Source: Spirochaetales bacterium
GTDB taxonomy: Bacteria > Spirochaetota > Spirochaetia > JAIPGG01
Direction of reading: 5' to 3'
DNA: 64,000 nt
Assembly: GCA_021736255.1 (NCBI GenBank)
Contig: JAIPGG010000003.1
Location: 7,792 to 71,791 of the forward strand
In this document: in pieces, positions 29,011 through 37,370 of the stretch
Position numbering within the stretch: position 1 is the first letter of the stretch
How the letters are laid out: every line of letters starts with the position of its first letter
Notes under the pieces: model-generated
Database searches by the model: none
What the model was told of the DNA's origin: nothing
What the model saw: the letters and a program-made list of their open reading frames with translations, nothing else
Made by a program: the position numbers and the translations under genes

Positions 29011-29892
29011 ATGCGTAAATTGATTCACCATGTTATATGGCTAATACGCGGGGTGAAGGTTTTCTCTCTGACCGGACGAAGTGGAACGGGAAAGAGTTTT
29101 CGTGCCCGTCTGATTGCAGAAAAATACGGAATACCCCTTATAATCGACGACGGTCTTTTAATTCGGGAGGACCGAATTCTCGCCGGCAAATCAGCCAAAA
29201 AGGAATCCGGTTATCTGGAAGCAGTACGCACGGCTCTTTTCGACAAGACCCAGCACCGGGACGAAGTGCGAAAGGCTCTCGAAAGCGAGCGTTTCAAAAG
29301 GATTCTGGTCCTCGGCACATCGGAGCGAATGGTAAAAAAGATCACCTCAAGGCTTGGACTGCCGGCCCCTTCAAAGTCCATCGACATCACCGATGTTGCC
29401 TCGGAAGACGAGATAAACATTGCCATCAATTCGCGGAATACCGAAGGCAAGCATGTTATCCCCGTACCTTCACTCGAAGTAAGACAGAGATTACCGGCCA
29501 TCTTCCATGACTCTGTCCGGGTGCTTTTGAATAAACGGTTTTCCCTGGGCAAGAAGCAGCAGTTTTTCGAAAAAAGCGTTGTTAGGCCCAACTACACAAA
29601 ACGAGGCAAGGTAATTATCTCCGAGGCTGCGCTCGCGCAAATGGCACTTCATTGTGTCGATGAGTACGACAAACGACTCAATATCAAAAAAATCAGTGTG
29701 AAGCAGGATCTGGCCGGAGACTACCGAATGGATCTGCATATTCAAGTACCTTTCGGACTACAGTTGTCCGAATCAATGCAGAAACTTCAGCATTACATCG
29801 TAGACAGCATCGAGCGGTTTACCGGAATCTATCTTCAGAAGGTAAATGTGGTTATCGGAAATGTTTCCGATAAAAAAAATGAGAAAAAATAG
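29011..29892 (+). CDS. P-loop NTPase domain fused to Asp23/Gls24-like domain
   Basis: The N-terminus has Walker A LTGRSGTGKSF followed by LIIDDG. The C-terminal 110 aa resemble Asp23 (GKVIISEAALAQMALHCV..MDLHIQVPFG..KLQHYIVDSIERFTGIYLQKVNVVIGNV). Confidence 0.55.
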   Translation: MRKLIHHVIWLIRGVKVFSLTGRSGTGKSFRARLIAEKYGIPLIIDDGLLIREDRILAGKSAKKESGYLEAVRTALFDKTQHRDEVRKALESERFKRILVLGTSERMVKKITSRLGLPAPSKSIDITDVASEDEINIAINSRNTEGKHVIPVPSLEVRQRLPAIFHDSVRVLLNKRFSLGKKQQFFEKSVVRPNYTKRGKVIISEAALAQMALHCVDEYDKRLNIKKISVKQDLAGDYRMDLHIQVPFGLQLSESMQKLQHYIVDSIERFTGIYLQKVNVVIGNVSDKKNEKK

Positions 29893-29904
29893 GGGGGAAC
29901 CCGT

Positions 29905-31077
29905 ATGAAACGTTTCGTGATATTTCTTTTCCTCGTGCTTTCGGTTTCCATCGGAATCGCGGCACAGGAAACGGTGTTTTATGAATCCACCAGTGATCAC
30001 TATCTGGTCTATTCAGAGATTGGGACCGACCATGCCCGCAGTACGGCCAGGATTCTCGAAGCCTTCTCCCAGGACTACAACGATATTTTTCATTTCGACC
30101 GGGGAGAAACCGGCGGGCGTATGACTGTCCGGATATTCGCTACGAAAGAGTCCTACAACGAGTATTTGCAATCCCTCCTCGATGTTACCCGGGAGGATTT
30201 CGTCTATCTGCATTACTCCGATCCTGAAAGAAATCAACTGTTGGGATTCCAACGGGATGATGAATCCTTTCAGAAATCTCTTGCCCACTACGGCTTTATT
30301 CAGTTTCTGAAGAATCATATCAATAATCCGCCCATCTGGATGCGCGAAGGCTTTGCTTCGTACTTTCGGGGTCTTCGATATTCGAATCAAAACGGCGCCT
30401 CGGAATACCTGGAATATCTAGCCTGGCTGCCTTCTTTGAAAAAGATTATTTCCCGTGGTGAAACAATACCTATTAATGAAATGATAACTATGGACAGCGC
30501 GGATGCAGCAGCTGAATCAGAACGGTTTTACCCGATGGCATGGGGCCTTGTCGATTTCCTTCTTCACACTGAACAGCCTGATTACCGGCGGGTCCTCTGG
30601 GACAGTATATCGAGCCTGCGCAGCAGCGCCGGTGTGAAAGAGAATTCCCTTTTGGTTAAACGGAAAGCCTTCGGCTGGGTCGGTGAAACCGGGCTGAACC
30701 TCGCTTTCATAGAGTATATAAAGGGGAAAAAGACCTTTTCAGAACTGGTCCAGACAGGCGTTTCTGCTTACCGTTCAAAAAACTATACCGAGGCGGAAAA
30801 GCATTTCGAATCCGCTTTGGATAGGGATTCGAGCCACCATGCCCCTTATTATTATTTGGGTCTCATTCGATATAACAGGGGCGATTATCTGAAGGCCGAA
30901 TACTTTTACCAAACCGCGCTGCAGCGGGGAGCCGACTCTGCCGTAACCTACTATGCTCTCGGCCTGAATGCACTGGCGGACAACCGAAATGATGATGCCC
31001 GGGAATATCTCGAAAAGGCAAAAGAGCGGGACCCGGCATATACCGAACGGGTCGACAATCTACTCCAACAGGAGTAG
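29905..31077 (+). CDS. secreted DUF1570/peptidase-MA-like domain protein with C-terminal TPR repeats
   Basis: Signal peptide MKRFVIFLFLVLSVSIGIAAQE and MREGFASYF after AHYGFIQF, where the HExxH position appears degenerate. TPR-like repeats follow (YYYLGLIRYNRGDYLKAEYFYQTAL). Confidence 0.45.
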   Translation: MKRFVIFLFLVLSVSIGIAAQETVFYESTSDHYLVYSEIGTDHARSTARILEAFSQDYNDIFHFDRGETGGRMTVRIFATKESYNEYLQSLLDVTREDFVYLHYSDPERNQLLGFQRDDESFQKSLAHYGFIQFLKNHINNPPIWMREGFASYFRGLRYSNQNGASEYLEYLAWLPSLKKIISRGETIPINEMITMDSADAAAESERFYPMAWGLVDFLLHTEQPDYRRVLWDSISSLRSSAGVKENSLLVKRKAFGWVGETGLNLAFIEYIKGKKTFSELVQTGVSAYRSKNYTEAEKHFESALDRDSSHHAPYYYLGLIRYNRGDYLKAEYFYQTALQRGADSAVTYYALGLNALADNRNDDAREYLEKAKERDPAYTERVDNLLQQE

Positions 31078-31090
31078 CCAAACAGGAAAT

Positions 31091-31104
31091 CCCGGCTAGC
31101 CGGG
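31091..31104 (-). terminator. possible intrinsic terminator hairpin (CCCGGCTAGCCGGG)
   Basis: A perfect 14-nt palindrome in the 30-nt gap between convergent genes. On the minus strand it is followed by ATTTCCTGTTT. The stem is short and the loop tight, so the call is weak. Confidence 0.3.
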
Positions 31105-31107
31105 TGC

Positions 31108-32241
31108 TCAACCGCGCCCGGGCCGGCGTTTCCTGCCCTTTTTTCCCCGAGCCCCCATACCTATCTTTCTCTGAACGAAGCCTACGGCATATTCTACTTC
31201 CCGGTTCGGCGGAAGAGACGGCTTGAGTACATTTTTTGCTTCACGAAAAAGTTGATGGAACAACTCATCACTCCTTCCGTAAACTTCGGCCCGTTCTTCG
31301 AGATAATCCCACAGAAGCATTGCGAGCATCTTCCCAGGTCCCATGTTTCCATCCGATTGGATGCGCTCATCGAGAATTTCGAGCCGGCGAAACAATCGAT
31401 CTGCAAAATCGTCCCTTTGGCTCCCGTTTCCCGAAGCGTGAATCATTTCCGCATACCGGGGGAGAAAGTGCTCGAGCAAGTTGAACGAATCCATGGTGCG
31501 GAGAACGGGAGCAGTGTTGCCGGAACGAAGTATCTTGAAGAGCTCTTCAGTGAGTCTGGATGCGGATATATCGGCAAGGAGCGGAGCATCAGAGCGGATC
31601 TTTCTGACCACACGTGGTGGAATCTCGAAACCTGTAAGTTCAGCATACTTGACCGCCCGTATCATCCGTACAGGATCTTCGGAAAATATCCGCTTCAAAG
31701 GGATAACCGGTCGAATTTTTTTCCGTTTTATATCCCGATACCCGCCGACATAATCGATTACAAGTTCGTCTATCGGACAATAATAGAGGGCGTTGATCGT
31801 AAAATCCCGTCTCCGCACATCATCGTCGAGACTGCCGTAGATGGTGTTTTCACTCGTTGAACTCAGAGACCGAAAGGTAGAGACCTCGATTATCTTGTTC
31901 TGAAAATATATGTGGGCGAGTTTGAAACGTTTTCCGATTATTCGGGAATTTCTAAAAAGCTTGCGGATTCTGTTGGGCGTAGCATCCGTCGCAATATCGA
32001 CATCCTTCGGCGCACGACCGGTAAGAAGATCCCGTACCGCTCCGCCGACAATATATGCCCGGTGCCCGTAACGGCGAAGCCGCCGGATTATCTTGATTGC
32101 ATCATAGTCGATGCTTTCCCGGCCGATCCGGTGCTCATCGCTGGTGTAGATTCGAGCCGCTTTTGAAAACTCGTCCTTTGTTGTTGTTGAATACCGTGTC
32201 AGGAGTTTCTCCGGAAACCACTCAGGATTTGACCCTTTTAT
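31108..32241 (-). CDS. pcnB: poly(A) polymerase I-like nucleotidyltransferase (PcnB/CCA family)
   Basis: My manual translation shows the frame is open from 32244. The head domain YIVGGAVRDLLTGRAPKDVDIATDATPNRIRKLFRN..RFKLAHIYF is followed by RRDFTINALYY and a basic tail KKGRKRRPGRG. There is no in-frame ATG/GTG/TTG upstream of the head domain, so the start is uncertain. Confidence 0.75.
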   Translation of the reverse strand: MKGSNPEWFPEKLLTRYSTTTKDEFSKAARIYTSDEHRIGRESIDYDAIKIIRRLRRYGHRAYIVGGAVRDLLTGRAPKDVDIATDATPNRIRKLFRNSRIIGKRFKLAHIYFQNKIIEVSTFRSLSSTSENTIYGSLDDDVRRRDFTINALYYCPIDELVIDYVGGYRDIKRKKIRPVIPLKRIFSEDPVRMIRAVKYAELTGFEIPPRVVRKIRSDAPLLADISASRLTEELFKILRSGNTAPVLRTMDSFNLLEHFLPRYAEMIHASGNGSQRDDFADRLFRRLEILDERIQSDGNMGPGKMLAMLLWDYLEERAEVYGRSDELFHQLFREAKNVLKPSLPPNREVEYAVGFVQRKIGMGARGKKGRKRRPGRG

Positions 32242-32969
32242 ACATCAAGGAGAAAGCCCACGTCAACCGACATGCCCTTTTCCCCGCAATCCCTGCGGCA
32301 GACCTCGATACCTCGGTCTCCGCTGCAATGCGCCGGGCCCAGCCGTTGAACTCCCATCTCCATGAGGAGCCGGTATTCTTCGGCTATTTCTCTGTCTTCC
32401 TTGTTCTTGTAATGGAATCCACCGAGTACTGAATCAATCCGGAGCTCAGGAAAGGCGGCGGAACACTCGCGAACAACCTTCACCACCCCCGGATGCGCGC
32501 AACCGGTAACCACATTCAGCTGCTGCCTGTCTGCTCTCTCAGATGATACGAGAGCAATAGCCTGTTCCTGTATAGGGCCGCCCTGGTACTCGCCCTCTAT
32601 CGGACCGATGGTAAAAACCCCGGGAGCTATTTCGGTACGCCCGGAAACAACGCGGAGGTTCCCGCCATACTCTTTTACATCCTGATGAAAGGAATCACGA
32701 AACCCGTCACAGATATATACAGGCAGTCCCCGACGTTTTTCGAGCAGCTTCCAAAGCCCTCCCCGGTGGTCCCAATGATCGTGGGAGATTACAACCATTT
32801 GTATTTCGTTATAATCGTACCCAAGGCTCCGAAGATTTGACAGCAGCTTATCTCCGTCCTCTCCCGTGTCAAAGAGGACGGTTTTCCCTATCATAGCTGA
32901 AAAACCCCAGCCGTAGTGCAGTGTGGTCCCCGTTCCTCGATTGTCATATACTACCTGTACTTTCATCAT
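32238..32969 (-). CDS. MBL-fold metallo-hydrolase (COG1237-like)
   Basis: VVYDNRG..GFSAMIGKTVLFDTG.. and VVISHDHWDHRGG (HxHxDH). Confidence 0.8.
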   Translation of the reverse strand: MMKVQVVYDNRGTGTTLHYGWGFSAMIGKTVLFDTGEDGDKLLSNLRSLGYDYNEIQMVVISHDHWDHRGGLWKLLEKRRGLPVYICDGFRDSFHQDVKEYGGNLRVVSGRTEIAPGVFTIGPIEGEYQGGPIQEQAIALVSSERADRQQLNVVTGCAHPGVVKVVRECSAAFPELRIDSVLGGFHYKNKEDREIAEEYRLLMEMGVQRLGPAHCSGDRGIEVCRRDCGEKGMSVDVGFLLDV

Positions 32970-32989
32970 CGATCACCCTTGGGAGGACA

Positions 32990-33805
32990 TCACCCCTCCA
33001 TCTTCTTCGAAAGCTCCTCAATAATCTCCATGTACCGTTTTGCTGCGGGAGCCTCGGGCGAGGCCTGAATATATGCCCTTCCCCCGTCACCGGAGACAAC
33101 CATATTCGGATCGAGCGGGATATTCCCGAGATACGAGACATCCATTTCGGAAGCCGCCTTTTCGCCGCCGCCCTTGCTGAATATATCGACCTCTTCTCCG
33201 CAATGGGGACAGATGAAACCGCTCATATTCTCTATCACTCCGAGGACAGGAACATTGAGCTTTTTCGCAAAGTTGATTGTCTTGCGGGAATCGAGTACGG
33301 AGACTTCCTGTGGAGTCGTTACAATCACCGCACCGTCGATATCGGGAATAACCTGCCCGACCGTGAGTGGTTCATCCCCGGTTCCCGGCGGAGAGTCGAT
33401 AACCAGATAATCCAGATCCCCCCAATTCACATCGGCAAGGAACTGTTTGATTACACCGATCTTCAGCGGGCCCCGCCAGATCAATGCATCATCCCGGCCG
33501 TAACCGGCCAGTGCAATACTAGCCACTTTGAGATTGGGAAGGACCTCTACCGGATCGATTCTATTTTCTGAACCGGTGAACGTCCTGTCATCTATCCCGA
33601 GCATCTTTGGGACATTCGGTCCATGAATATCGACATCCACTATTCCGACCTGTTTATCGTTCATAGCTAGTCCGTAGGCGAGATTCACCGCAACTGTAGA
33701 TTTTCCGACCCCTCCCTTACCGCTGAGCACCATGATCTTGTGTTTTATATGACTCATAGCCTCTTTGAGCCTTTCGTCCTGCTGTTCGCGTTCTTCGTTC
33801 TTCAT
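32990..33805 (-). CDS. Mrp/NBP35/ApbC family Fe-S cluster carrier ATPase
   Basis: Deviant Walker A SGKGGVGKSTVAVNLA and the CPHC motif (GFICPHCGEEVDIF). Confidence 0.85.
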   Translation of the reverse strand: MKNEEREQQDERLKEAMSHIKHKIMVLSGKGGVGKSTVAVNLAYGLAMNDKQVGIVDVDIHGPNVPKMLGIDDRTFTGSENRIDPVEVLPNLKVASIALAGYGRDDALIWRGPLKIGVIKQFLADVNWGDLDYLVIDSPPGTGDEPLTVGQVIPDIDGAVIVTTPQEVSVLDSRKTINFAKKLNVPVLGVIENMSGFICPHCGEEVDIFSKGGGEKAASEMDVSYLGNIPLDPNMVVSGDGGRAYIQASPEAPAAKRYMEIIEELSKKMEG

Positions 33806-34737
33806 TATCTCTCTTGCTCCTTCGTATTGATGTTATTAGCCGGCGTATCAGCCCCGACTCTTTCTTCGAATAAGAAGTCTTGTATGGTCTCCCAAACAGA
33901 AAGGATGGCGCGACTCACCTCGTCTTCCGCGTATTTTATATAGGGAACTCCCTGTCGAATTGCCTCCCCTACGTTTCTCGAAAAAGGGATCTTTCCCGCC
34001 ATGTCGAATCCCAGCTTGCCTGCCAGGGCCTCGATCTCTGAGGCCGTTTCCGGATTCAAGTCGTGCTTGTTTATCACTACTCCGGCGCGTATACGAAACT
34101 GCTTGATTACCTCGGCCACCCGGTTAAGATCGTGATAGCCGGAGGGAGTAGGTTCGGTTATAACGATAACATAATCGAGTTCGGCAAGGGCGGAAAGTAC
34201 CGGGCAACCTATTCCCGGCGGTCCATCGACCAGGATCCAGTCTTTATTCTTTTCTACGGCCAGTGATTTCGCCTCGTTTTTTACCTTGGTCACCAGCTTG
34301 CCCGAGTTATCCTCGCCGGGAATAAGCCGGGCATGGAGCATGGGTCCATAACTGCTCTCGGACCGGAACCACTGTCCTGCAGTTTTCCGCTGCATGGAAA
34401 CAGCATTCTCCGGGCACACAAGAGAACAGGTTCGACAGCCCTCGCAGGCATAACTGTCGACTATGGCAACCGATTCCTCGTTCATCGACAAAGCGTCGAA
34501 ACGGCAGACATCGAGACACTCACGGCAGCCGGTACAGAGAACAGGATCGATCACCGCTTCTTCTCCACCGGCAAAATCCTCGGCAGTTGTTACTTTCGGT
34601 TGTAAAAGCAGATGAAGGTCCGATGCGTCCACATCACAATCTGCGAACACCGCATTCTCGGCCAGGGTCGCAAGGGAAGCGGTCAAGACTGTTTTTCCTG
34701 TTCCGCCTTTTCCGCTTATTATGCCGACCTGTTTCAT
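33805..34737 (-). CDS. MinD/ParA-type P-loop ATPase with inserted 2x[4Fe-4S] ferredoxin domain (COG1149-like)
   Basis: SGKGGTGKT plus CTGCRECLDVC and CEGCRTCSLVCP. It has an ATGA overlap with the upstream paralog and a TAATG overlap with mrp. Confidence 0.8.
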   Translation of the reverse strand: MKQVGIISGKGGTGKTVLTASLATLAENAVFADCDVDASDLHLLLQPKVTTAEDFAGGEEAVIDPVLCTGCRECLDVCRFDALSMNEESVAIVDSYACEGCRTCSLVCPENAVSMQRKTAGQWFRSESSYGPMLHARLIPGEDNSGKLVTKVKNEAKSLAVEKNKDWILVDGPPGIGCPVLSALAELDYVIVITEPTPSGYHDLNRVAEVIKQFRIRAGVVINKHDLNPETASEIEALAGKLGFDMAGKIPFSRNVGEAIRQGVPYIKYAEDEVSRAILSVWETIQDFLFEERVGADTPANNINTKEQER

Positions 34738-35621
34738 GAGATCCCCCCTCGCTGTCCGGGCGCGGCGATGCGTTTGTTTATATCGTGAAAAACATCGAGG
34801 AACAGCTTTCTGTACTCGGGAAGGGCCTCGACAACAGGCTCGCCGCGGGAATATGCTCTTGCTACATCCTCAGAATAGGGTAAAGCCCCGATCACATCGA
34901 TGTTCCTCTGTTCGCACCAGGGACGGACCTGCTGATTTTCTTCCTCTTCCCGATTGATAAAAACACTAAAGGGAACTTCGAGGTCCCGAACAACATCTAC
35001 GGCAAGTTCCAGATCATGCAGACCGAAGGGGCTGTCCTCGGTGACAAGCAGTGCATAGTCGCTCTTTCGTATTGCAGCAACCATGGAGCATGAGGTGCCC
35101 GGAGGGGCATCGAGTATCGATATCTCCTCCGAGTTGATCTCGTCCTTCAATCCCCTGACGATGGGAGGCGCCAGGGCTTCACCTGTATTCAGTCGTCCCT
35201 CGGTAAAGGCGAGATTGCCGCTCCTGCCGCGATTGATACGCCCGATAGGTCTGGGTTCTTCGAACAGGGCATCCTCCGGACACGCGATCAGGCAGGCCCC
35301 GCAGCTGTGACACATCTTGTCGAAAACCAGCAATTGATCTTTCAACAGGGCAAGTGCCCCATAGGCACAGGTTTTCACGCAGATTCCGCAGGAGGTGCAC
35401 TTGTCCTCTTTTACCCTGGGAACGAGCATGTTGTGGTCCGTCTGGTCGGTATACTCCGGATTCAAAAAGAGCGCTGAATTCGGTTCCTCCACATCCACGT
35501 CGATAAGCCGGACATTCACCGTCTTGTCATCTTTCGCCTGGTCAGCCACCGCCAAGGCAAGACTGGTTGCAATCGTGGTCTTGCCGGTGCCACCTTTTCC
35601 ACTCGCGATACTTATTGTCAT
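34734..35621 (-). CDS. MinD/ParA-type P-loop ATPase with inserted 2x[4Fe-4S] ferredoxin domain (COG1149-like)
   Basis: The ATG at 35621 gives MTISIASGKGGTGKTT. Ferredoxin motifs are CTSCGICVKTC and CHSCGACLIACP. Confidence 0.8.
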   Translation of the reverse strand: MTISIASGKGGTGKTTIATSLALAVADQAKDDKTVNVRLIDVDVEEPNSALFLNPEYTDQTDHNMLVPRVKEDKCTSCGICVKTCAYGALALLKDQLLVFDKMCHSCGACLIACPEDALFEEPRPIGRINRGRSGNLAFTEGRLNTGEALAPPIVRGLKDEINSEEISILDAPPGTSCSMVAAIRKSDYALLVTEDSPFGLHDLELAVDVVRDLEVPFSVFINREEEENQQVRPWCEQRNIDVIGALPYSEDVARAYSRGEPVVEALPEYRKLFLDVFHDINKRIAAPGQRGGIS

Positions 35622-35631
35622 GGAAAAACTC

Positions 35632-35952
35632 TCAAAGACTGTTGTTTCGGTAGGCTTCGATGAGCTCTCGTACCGTACCACCGTCGTGGGTCTTCATCTC
35701 GATACCGGCAGTATTCAGGACATTTTCGGCATTCGGGCCGAACTTATGAGAGATGACTACCTCCGCTCCTTTATCTATGACAAATTGCCCGGCTTTCACT
35801 CCCACTCCGCCTGCATCTTCCGTGTTCGGATTGCGAACAAATTCCGTTTCTTCCGTTTCGGTGTTATAGAATACAAAGTACGCGCATCTGCCGAAACGGG
35901 GATCAGCCTGTGCATCTATGGATTCTTCCTGGCTGGTGATACAGATAATCAT
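35632..35952 (-). CDS. NifX/NifB-C-terminal-like cofactor-binding domain protein (COG1433-like)
   Basis: 106 aa with the DPRFGRCAYFVFYN signature. It has an ATGA overlap with the upstream paralog. Confidence 0.75.
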   Translation of the reverse strand: MIICITSQEESIDAQADPRFGRCAYFVFYNTETEETEFVRNPNTEDAGGVGVKAGQFVIDKGAEVVISHKFGPNAENVLNTAGIEMKTHDGGTVRELIEAYRNNSL

Positions 35953-36329
35953 TCATCTTCTCCTTCGCTGCAATTCGTGTGTTGATGATCATGGTGGTCA
36001 TGGTGCTCGCAGGGGCTGCCGTCTGCTTCGAGGGTCCCCTTTATGAATTCATTGATCACATCCTCGACAGGCCCGCTTACCCCGAGAGCCTGTTTGATCC
36101 CGTAATTATTAAGCAGATCCCGGGCCCGTACTCCCATGCCTGAGGCAAGAATCCAATCAGCTCCGAGCTTGTGAAGAAATTCAGGGATTCTGCCCGGTGC
36201 ATGACCGGGGCTCTCGAAGTATTGCCGAGAGGTGACCGTTCCATCTTCGATGTCCACGATCGTATAGGTACCGCAGCGGCCGAAATGGGCCGCTACGGCG
36301 TTGTTTTCGGTGGGAATTGCTATTCTCAC
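35949..36329 (-). CDS. NifX/NifB-C-terminal-like cofactor-binding domain protein with His-rich tail
   Basis: 126 aa with AAHFGRCGTYTIVD and the C-terminal tail CEHHDHHDHQHTNC. Its GTG start overlaps the DUF5320 stop (GTGA). Confidence 0.75.
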   Translation of the reverse strand: MRIAIPTENNAVAAHFGRCGTYTIVDIEDGTVTSRQYFESPGHAPGRIPEFLHKLGADWILASGMGVRARDLLNNYGIKQALGVSGPVEDVINEFIKGTLEADGSPCEHHDHHDHQHTNCSEGEDE

Positions 36330-36715
36330 TTCGATTCTTCTCCTGATTGTCCGGATTCGAGCTCTCTCAGGCGCTTATTCAGAGCCGCTTGCTCTCTTTC
36401 CAGATATTTGGCCTGCTGCCTGAGATATTCGGCTTCATCTTCCGGTGAAGGAGCTGCCTCCGAATAGGGTACTCCCCCGTAAGGAGCTCCATACATGCCG
36501 GGCCCGGCATATCCGGGACCAGGCGCGCCCCAGCCGCGTCTCCAAGCGTTTCCACGGCCAAATCCGGCGCCGCCCCAGCCGCGACCCCAGCCGCGGCCCA
36601 TTCTCGGGGCCGACCAATTCATGAAACCGGGAGCGTCGTAACCGGCACAAAATCCGAGTCCACGACCACTCATAGGTCCGTAACCAACAGGTCCTGTTCT
36701 ATCTCCTCGTGGCAT
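36326..36715 (-). CDS. DUF5320-like protein (Gly/Arg/Trp-rich N-terminal half, coiled-coil C-terminus)
   Basis: N-terminus MPRGDRTGPVGYGPMSGRGLGFCAGY, an RMGRGWGRGWGGAGFGRGNAWRRGWG tract and a C-terminal heptad-like AEYLRQQAKYLEREQAALNKRLRELE. The SD AAGGAGG is 7 nt upstream. Confidence 0.65.
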   Translation of the reverse strand: MPRGDRTGPVGYGPMSGRGLGFCAGYDAPGFMNWSAPRMGRGWGRGWGGAGFGRGNAWRRGWGAPGPGYAGPGMYGAPYGGVPYSEAAPSPEDEAEYLRQQAKYLEREQAALNKRLRELESGQSGEESK

Positions 36716-36753
36716 AATACACCTCCTTAATGGTGATTGTATAGTAGTGTTCC

Positions 36754-37293
36754 CTAATTTTCTTCTTGGGAACGTTTTTCCTCATTTCTCCGGCGGCAAT
36801 CCACACAGAGTCCGTAGTATTCCACAACACGCCGCCGTAGTTGAAAACCGTATTCAGTTTCAAGAGAGCGGGTAACATCATCCATGCTTCCGGATGCTGC
36901 CTGATCTTCGACTGCTTCCTGGTCGCAGGGTTCCACCTTCATGCAATTCGTACAAATAAGCCGGCAACTGCTGCCCTCCTCGGCACCTGTTCGAAGACGA
37001 AAGCGGGCCTTGCCGTCTCCCATGTCGAACCGTTCTACCAACCCCATCTGAGCCAGGAGCGTCAGCGTCCGATAGACCGAAGTCAACCCGACTGCCGGGT
37101 ACTGTTCGTGGAGCTGGAAGAATATCTCCTCCGCCGACCGATAACGATCGTCCGCGCTGAGAACCTCGAGGACCGCTTGTCGGGGTACAGTCATGCGATA
37201 GCCCCGGCGCTTGAACTGGCCGTGCCATCCCCTTCCATGTCCCCATCCTCTTCCTTTTCCTGGTCCTGGTCCTCTTCCCGGTCCCGGTGTCAT
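36754..37293 (-). CDS. Fur-family transcriptional regulator with Gly/Arg/Trp-rich N-terminal extension
   Basis: Fur-like winged helix (RQAVLEVL..SAEEIFFQL..VGLTSVYRTLTLLAQMGLV) and two CxxC pairs (CTNC, CVDC). It carries a 33-aa extension, MTPGPGRGPGPGKGRGWGHGRGWHG. It is the first gene of the operon. Confidence 0.8.
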   Translation of the reverse strand: MTPGPGRGPGPGKGRGWGHGRGWHGQFKRRGYRMTVPRQAVLEVLSADDRYRSAEEIFFQLHEQYPAVGLTSVYRTLTLLAQMGLVERFDMGDGKARFRLRTGAEEGSSCRLICTNCMKVEPCDQEAVEDQAASGSMDDVTRSLETEYGFQLRRRVVEYYGLCVDCRRRNEEKRSQEEN

Positions 37294-37314
37294 TATCCTA
37301 TTTCAGCTCCCTTA

Positions 37315-37331
37315 TTGAAAACGATTTTCAA
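37315..37331. promoter_or_regulatory. palindromic operator 1, TTGAAAA-CGA-TTTTCAA (Fur-box-like)
   Basis: Read directly. The 7-3-7 inverted repeat sits immediately downstream of the predicted -10 of the fur-like operon and 22 nt upstream of its ATG. Confidence 0.55.
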
Positions 37332-37335
37332 TTTC

Positions 37336-37364
37336 AATATATACCTGCAGAATTGATTCGTCAA
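37336..37364 (-). promoter_or_regulatory. sigma70-type promoter of the fur-like operon (TTGACG-17 nt-TATATT)
   Basis: Minus-strand reading: TTGACG at 37364-37359, a 17-nt spacer and TATATT at 37341-37336. It is bracketed by the two palindromes. Confidence 0.5.
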
Positions 37365-37370
37365 GGGTTA

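Noticed and set aside
31108-31818. The ORF track suggests a truncated 236-aa PcnB fragment, that is, a pseudogene.
   Set aside because: Manual translation shows the reading frame continues without stops through the complete head domain up to 32244. The gene looks intact, and the apparent truncation arises only from the lack of a canonical start codon. See the corresponding finding.
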